Below, in pieces: positions 16,301 to 20,000 of a stretch of DNA of 20,000 bases. Below the pieces are notes generated by a model. It saw nothing but the letters and a program-made list of their open reading frames with translations, was not told the DNA's origin and did no database searches. This DNA comes from an uncultured virus (IMG/VR IMGVR_UViG_3300030450_003626) (Duplodnaviria > Heunggongvirae > Uroviricota > Caudoviricetes), in the IMG/VR virus record IMGVR_UViG_3300030450_003626, one strand, 5' to 3'. Every line of letters begins with the position of its first letter. The stretch's first letter is position 1. The position numbers and the translations under genes were made by a program.

Positions 16301-18408
16301 ATACCGTACAAGAAGTTAAAGATTATTTATTTAAACTTGAAGACGGAAGCTATCTTACAGGTAAACAAAAATATGAAAAAATGATTAAATTTTTAGTTGA
16401 TCAACCTGTAAGGAAAGATCATCCTGCTTCTGACTATATTCCAATGGATATACCTGTACAAGTATTATTAGATATTCAGAAATCATTAACTAGCAAAAAA
16501 TTCAATTCTCAAGTACAAGAAAAAATAATAAGTTCGTCTGGAAAAATTAGTGAAAATCAACAACTACAAGAAATACAAACTAATATTGCTTCATTAACAT
16601 CAGATATAAATTCAATTGACTCCGCAATTAATGAAGCAATAGAAACATCAAGCGATGCTTTAAAAGGTCAGTATAGAAAAGCTTTTAACCAGTATAAAGA
16701 AGCTAAAAAATATTTTAGCGAAACAAATAATCATTATAAAGGAGGGGCAGTACATATAAATGTAGGTAATGAATCTGTAACATTAGATGCTACAGGTAGT
16801 CCTTTAAATATGTTGCATAATAATATAAAAACAGACAAAGCAAAAACAGGACCATTTGAAAATTATTTACATGTTTTTATTAACCCTGAAAATCCAGAGT
16901 ATAGATTAGCTAGACATCAGTTCGACATGTTTGCTAAAAAAGATGACGGTACTTACGATGAAGATATAGTAGAAAGAATGGTACAATCTTTAGGTTATTA
17001 TCCTGTAGGAAGCTCATTAGAAAAAAAGGCTGTGCTTCAAAACTTTACAACTTGGTTTGATAATGTGATAGAATCTGCAAGTGTTTCAGATAAAGGTAAA
17101 AGAATTAAACACCACTATGAGGCATGGAAAAAAACTCAATATTCAGATATAAAAACTATTGAGTCATTTAATGCTGTACAATACACAGATCAGGAGATAA
17201 AGATTGCTGAGACTTTCGTAGATTATTTAAGAACTATTGAGGATACTACAAAAACCTTATTTGATAAATCACCTATTGGCGTGATTACTCAAAAAATGGA
17301 AAATCTTAAAATGTATCAAATAGCAGAATTACTAACAGAAAAAGTTAGTATTGCTACAATAAAGAATAATATTGATCAGTATCCTGTACTGTCTAAAATT
17401 CTAGACGAAAGACGACTTAGATACCGTAATCTAGATTTAAATGTAGAACTTAAAAAAATCGATAAAGAAATAGGACCGGTTTCAGATGCAGAAATAGAAA
17501 GAATAGCTAAACAATTTGAAATTTCAGAAGATAGTGTTACTCGTTTAGATGTTTTAATAAAAGAAATGAATGAAGCTTTAGATTCCAGAAAAATTTCTTT
17601 TGAACGGCATGAAGAAATGATGGAATTTATGAAAAAAATAATGATGACAAAATTATTTAAAGAGTCAATTATTAAAATGCCTAGAGGAACATTAATAGAT
17701 GGATTGGAACAACACGGTGATTTTGGATTATTTAGAAAGGAATATCTTGAATATAGGTTAGATACAAATGAAAAGGAAACTGCTGCTAATTTTATTAAAT
17801 GGTTAGAAGAAGAAAAAAATATACCTAAAGAAAAACTAGGAAGTATTTATAAACTAGATGGTAATATTGATCTAGTAGAATACAAAAATTTTATAGAAGA
17901 AAACGACCATATTTTAACAAAACTTTGGCCTGATACAAATGAAGGTAGAAACCCTCATCTACAAATTCTTGATGAAGTTTTTAATGTCAAAAATACTTTA
18001 GATACAGGTAAAGATGATATGGTACAAATAGCGGGTACATCTTCTGGTAATTTCACAGAACAAATGGCTGCTGGTAGACTATACAATGCCATGAAAGGAG
18101 TTGTGTCCTATAGATATCTTATAATGGAAGCAGGATTTATGAAAGCTACTGCTGCTCAACAAGGTGTTTTATCTTCTATTCTTAGAGATAAAGAAATGGC
18201 AAAATCAGTACATACTTTATTTGAACAAGGAATTTTTGACGATAAAAGTTTTGAAATAATTTGGTCAAAGTTATTAGCTAATTTAGCTAGAGTAGGTATT
18301 ATGCAAACTATAACTAAAGAAGAATTTAAAGAACGAGTTACAGAACAACAAGCGTTATTACATGAAGACAGATATTCTGCTAAACTTATTAGGCAACAAG
18401 TTGCATAA
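13324..18408 (+). CDS. Very large putative internal virion protein (1694 aa)
   Basis: RBS GAGGT; disordered N-terminus with a P/T linker; Gly-rich hydrophobic segments (TPFAGVVGGA, AVIAGGVITG, LWGIAAGIPIG); coiled coils; last and largest gene before the lysis-type cluster, as expected for an ejection protein. Confidence 0.6.
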   Translation: MSDSPLNLDRKTTTKVTDTRSGQSVIVPKQRGMDKTGDPRLTAQPSTGILGNVSEDDVLRFLEQRTSPSDKGALNPSVPIIGQSDDNVSEEEINNFLEGTTTPTTPTPTPTTPTTPTTPTTEVEPYRDRVIRNTVASASQGIVNSIEFGLHTVPKLGYFLPDLISSSTGFSPLDKNNQIFEYEGSILPALWRKWNNNETKQDKDVFENFKSEWDEIGKSFIGQYWLEPVSNFLDPLKNSLVVPKSQMKAIYPAITLGTEVLTPFAGVVGGAQKAIVAGHNIRRGIEVYRTITQPPRLFRDASKIDAGYPIPSGVQYTGREALRTALIESLQFRGKPIKKVSEMKNIHEVIDSIDDVLDPRLERALVFRDAINNIINKHSGLTRETVRKRQIANYNNAVIAGGVITGYTISANWTDDELYRSLWGIAAGIPIGLPRTKWKGVSGQTRALAKGKIWRYDPGSFQSNLTQKAASLTYAAAGKLATTFYGGISPRNWKRIFSEDPDTFVELLSKSKKNSFLKVLIGANFNQSPETILKTFKAGRKEAQRALKIHELVKKDYDELAKRFENLDSQFEKAGFEVGTNVAKPEALEKIKIQMKKDLDAKERKLKSLEKQYTDSGTLVKNEKTGKIEGNSWNLIDKLVLKPKEHSKAISALATSLSQTQYKEHMLNLENSLKSIFKLSSETGLDVNTLLMSVGNLAHASVFSQFAESTLKKVNTSFMEGGMSKEKQLINMLNNEINAYLKADREATNAVIEILENITPNEKNWSEETRRFVYTLRKLVDDKVSSGKDLDEYKKVLTDAINQGDTTRVDAHATWARQATDEKDGVTTEQSPEKYFDIKGEKKEELGNVIKSIADFHLQTYKSKVDELYETAKIGFLSAKEGSVLPKLWLKYNKRDDDLVTPLLVSFNPVDSFRKTSVSPLSSDQKQIFSNLSKVFYGNTDLLETTGINIVKLTKEMRDNALRQGSKEYSQVNSKFIEDNYLEPYIEKAYSNNTVQEVKDYLFKLEDGSYLTGKQKYEKMIKFLVDQPVRKDHPASDYIPMDIPVQVLLDIQKSLTSKKFNSQVQEKIISSSGKISENQQLQEIQTNIASLTSDINSIDSAINEAIETSSDALKGQYRKAFNQYKEAKKYFSETNNHYKGGAVHINVGNESVTLDATGSPLNMLHNNIKTDKAKTGPFENYLHVFINPENPEYRLARHQFDMFAKKDDGTYDEDIVERMVQSLGYYPVGSSLEKKAVLQNFTTWFDNVIESASVSDKGKRIKHHYEAWKKTQYSDIKTIESFNAVQYTDQEIKIAETFVDYLRTIEDTTKTLFDKSPIGVITQKMENLKMYQIAELLTEKVSIATIKNNIDQYPVLSKILDERRLRYRNLDLNVELKKIDKEIGPVSDAEIERIAKQFEISEDSVTRLDVLIKEMNEALDSRKISFERHEEMMEFMKKIMMTKLFKESIIKMPRGTLIDGLEQHGDFGLFRKEYLEYRLDTNEKETAANFIKWLEEEKNIPKEKLGSIYKLDGNIDLVEYKNFIEENDHILTKLWPDTNEGRNPHLQILDEVFNVKNTLDTGKDDMVQIAGTSSGNFTEQMAAGRLYNAMKGVVSYRYLIMEAGFMKATAAQQGVLSSILRDKEMAKSVHTLFEQGIFDDKSFEIIWSKLLANLARVGIMQTITKEEFKERVTEQQALLHEDRYSAKLIRQQVA
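13621..13686 (+). repeat. Low-complexity (CCT/ACT) coding repeat, TTTPTTPTPTPTTPTTPTTPTT
   Basis: 66 nt built from ACT and CCT codons plus one CCC, mostly CCTACTACT units. Confidence 0.9.
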
Positions 18409-18665
18409 TGAACTTTATAACAGAACATTGGGATCAACTTATATTCATAGGACTGTTGATCGTTTGGGCTACTCGCTCAAGAGAACAAGTATCTAGTCTT
18501 TTAAAAGACACAGAGATACTGCAAAACAACGTAAAAAACATATCAACTCAAAACAATACACAACAACAAACACTAGTGCAGTTACGTGCTGAACAAGACG
18601 TTACAAACAAGCAAATAACTGCGCTGTGGGAGTTTGTGAACAAAATAAAAGATAAGGTAGGTTAA
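18408..18665 (+). CDS. Membrane-anchored coiled-coil protein (85 aa), possible holin or spanin-like lysis accessory
   Basis: N-terminal hydrophobic segment (WDQLIFIGLLIVWA) followed by a heptad-like helix; TAATG-coupled to the 1694-aa gene. Confidence 0.6.
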   Translation: MNFITEHWDQLIFIGLLIVWATRSREQVSSLLKDTEILQNNVKNISTQNNTQQQTLVQLRAEQDVTNKQITALWEFVNKIKDKVG

Positions 18666-18667
18666 TT

Positions 18668-18955
18668 ATGAATCCACCTAAAGATACATACAATGTCGAT
18701 CTTAACAACGACGGCATAATAACAGAGGAAGAACTACGTGCAGCATCTGACGCTGAAAAGATGGACGCACAGAAATCTATGGCGTGGATAGCCTTGATCT
18801 CTATGCTGGTGTTTACAGCGTTGGTGTTTCTACCGATCTTTCCTGACTCAAGAATCAAAGCTTTAGCAGACCTGTTCTCTTTGTTCTACATAGGCATGGC
18901 GGGCGTTGTAGGAGCTTATATGGGGGCGTCTGTTATGATGAATAAGAAGAAATGA
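18668..18955 (+). CDS. EF-hand-loop, two-transmembrane protein (95 aa), putative holin or holin regulator
   Basis: DLNNDGIITEEE (18698-18733) fits the 12-residue EF-hand loop consensus. Two hydrophobic helices (MAWIALISMLVFTALVFLPIF; LFSLFYIGMAGVVGAYMGASV) and a basic C-terminus (NKKK). Confidence 0.7.
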   Translation: MNPPKDTYNVDLNNDGIITEEELRAASDAEKMDAQKSMAWIALISMLVFTALVFLPIFPDSRIKALADLFSLFYIGMAGVVGAYMGASVMMNKKK

Positions 18956-19425
18956 TCAGTCTTCTAGGCACTCTTGTAGGCTTTGGTACGTCCATTGTAC
19001 CTGAAGTATTAGGTTACTTCAAACAAAAGCAAGCTAACGAACAAGAACTCAACATGCTTGAAGCTAAAGCTAAGTATGCTTCACAACTATCAGAACTGAA
19101 ACTTAAAGAACTTGACGCTGAAGCAGACATTCAAGAAACAAAGAGTATATACGAACATGATAGAACTATCGACTCTGGAGCTTTTATCAACTCTCTCAGG
19201 GGTTCTGTGCGCCCTGTCATTACTTATCTTTTCTTCATGATGTTTATTTGTGTTAAAGGTGTACTCATGTACGCTTTAATCTCTAATCAAAATGTTGATT
19301 GGACAATAGCTATAGAGACAGCTTGGGATTCTGAAACGCAAGCTATATTTTCTGCTATTATAGCGTTTTGGTTTGGTAACAGAGCCATGTCTAAAGCAAG
19401 GAAGTATATCTCTTCCAAAGAATAA
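18952..19425 (+). CDS. Putative 3TM holin (GTA-type holin family-like, 157 aa)
   Basis: N-terminal hydrophobic/amphipathic helix, coiled coil, SLRGSVRPVITY motif preceding a TM helix, and C-terminal IIAFWFGNR; ATGA overlap with the upstream gene. Confidence 0.7.
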   Translation: MISLLGTLVGFGTSIVPEVLGYFKQKQANEQELNMLEAKAKYASQLSELKLKELDAEADIQETKSIYEHDRTIDSGAFINSLRGSVRPVITYLFFMMFICVKGVLMYALISNQNVDWTIAIETAWDSETQAIFSAIIAFWFGNRAMSKARKYISSKE

Positions 19426-19449
19426 GAAATACGAACCTAACATTACTTT

Positions 19450-19488
19450 AAAGCTGCACTTTGTTTTTCTTTGTGCAGCTTTTTTTTT
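19450..19488 (+). terminator. Rho-independent terminator of the late operon, between convergent genes
   Basis: Stem AAAGCTGCAC (19450-19459) / GTGCAGCTTT (19473-19482) with a 13-nt loop; T9 run at 19480-19488 on +. Only TTT follows the stem on the minus strand, so bidirectional use is weaker. Confidence 0.8.
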
Positions 19489-19621
19489 ATTTGTAATCAT
19501 ATTGAGATTGATCCAATCGTTCCATAGCTTTTTCTTCAGCTTCTTTTTCAGACAATCCTTCTTCCATGAACTGTTCTACTAAAGTTTCAAGATAGTTTTG
19601 TACTCGCCAATCTAAACTCAT
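19487..19621 (-). CDS. Small acidic hypothetical protein (44 aa; absent from the ORF track)
   Basis: Hand translation: MSLDWRVQNYLETLVEQFMEEGLSEKEAEEKAMERLDQSQYDYK*. Starts 2 nt after the upstream stop with AGGA upstream, and ends at the terminator hairpin. Confidence 0.65.
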   Translation of the reverse strand: MSLDWRVQNYLETLVEQFMEEGLSEKEAEEKAMERLDQSQYDYK

Positions 19622-19623
19622 TT

Positions 19624-19917
19624 TTACATCCTGACCCAGTTAATCTTTTGTTCCCGTGACCATTTTTTGATATGCGAGTTATCTCGGTCAAATAAGTTTA
19701 TCATTTGTTCTTCTGTAATAAAGTCAGCGTCATATATGTGTTCTCCTATATATTCTGTAGAAAACTCATCACACTCTTCACAAGTAACAGTATCTTTTGC
19801 CCATTCAATAGGATTACACGGTTTATCTGGATTTAACTTTTGCAAATCATCTTTGTGCATAACATAACGTATACGATAAGATAAAATACTATTTACAACA
19901 ACGTAATCTTCAGACAT
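19624..19917 (-). CDS. Hypothetical phage protein (97 aa; start revised from 19977 to the ATG at 19917)
   Basis: AGGAG lies 8 nt upstream of ATG 19917 (MSEDYVVVNS...). The longer start in the ORF track falls inside the tRNA. Confidence 0.75.
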   Translation of the reverse strand: MSEDYVVVNSILSYRIRYVMHKDDLQKLNPDKPCNPIEWAKDTVTCEECDEFSTEYIGEHIYDADFITEEQMINLFDRDNSHIKKWSREQKINWVRM

Positions 19918-19933
19918 TTTCACTTCTCCTTTT

Positions 19934-20000
19934 TGGTGCGGGCGGCGGGATTTGAACCCGCACGCCTTAATCGACAACAGATTTTAAGTCTGTAGCGTCT
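19934..20000 (-). tRNA. trnL: tRNA-Leu, anticodon UAA (5' end beyond the window)
   Basis: Reverse complement shows anticodon arm ACAGA-CTTAAAA-TCTGT, long variable arm TGTC-GATTAA-GGCG, T arm GCGGG-TTCAAAT-CCCGC, acceptor 3' strand CGCCCGC, discriminator A and encoded CCA. Confidence 0.95.

Noticed and set aside
10171..18408. Large ORFs as a virion RNA polymerase (N4-like or crAss-like)
   Set aside because: No convincing catalytic motif was seen. LDGDG in the 1049-aa protein lacks the DxDGD context. A structure search is needed to exclude this fully.
19276..19582. Track ORFs 19276-19500 (-) and 19373-19582 (+)
   Set aside because: Both run across the terminator hairpin and overlap better-supported genes; their sequences are low-complexity by-products of the A/T runs.
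1932..19867. Other short ORFs (60-93 aa) nested in or antisense to the long genes
   Set aside because: They overlap well-supported genes, show no recognisable motifs, and are of the length expected by chance.
19918..19977. N-terminal 20 aa of the track's 117-aa ORF
   Set aside because: This stretch lies mostly within the tRNA; the ATG at 19917 has a proper RBS.
19934..20000. tRNA as a prophage attachment site
   Set aside because: No integrase is adjacent, no duplicate of the tRNA 3' end was noticed in the window, and the tRNA runs straight into a phage-like gene. It cannot be fully excluded without flanking sequence.

Overview
The window is bacteriophage DNA, most consistent with a marine podovirus-like phage; family calls rest on motif recognition only and no search was run. 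The + strand (1-19425) is one tightly coupled late operon. It runs from a head-tail adaptor and small virion/tail proteins, through two tail-fibre or receptor-binding genes (one with LamG-like and SPRY-like domains), a tail assembly chaperone and an unlisted 54-aa membrane protein, to five putative internal-virion (ejection) genes totalling 3964 aa and a three-gene membrane/holin cluster. A hairpin terminator ends it. From the right, a convergent minus-strand unit carries a tRNA-Leu(UAA), cut by the window edge, and two small ORFs. Most notable: (i) a sharp GC drop near 5950, meaning either a mosaic genome or an assembly chimera, with no nozzle gene visible; (ii) a duplicated 63-aa 'NPDVA...EGR' module on a putative ejection protein; (iii) an EF-hand membrane protein coupled to a 3TM holin with no endolysin in view; (iv) a tRNA whose CCA directly abuts the next gene's ribosome-binding site. 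I could not establish a wholly new system; these are the best leads.
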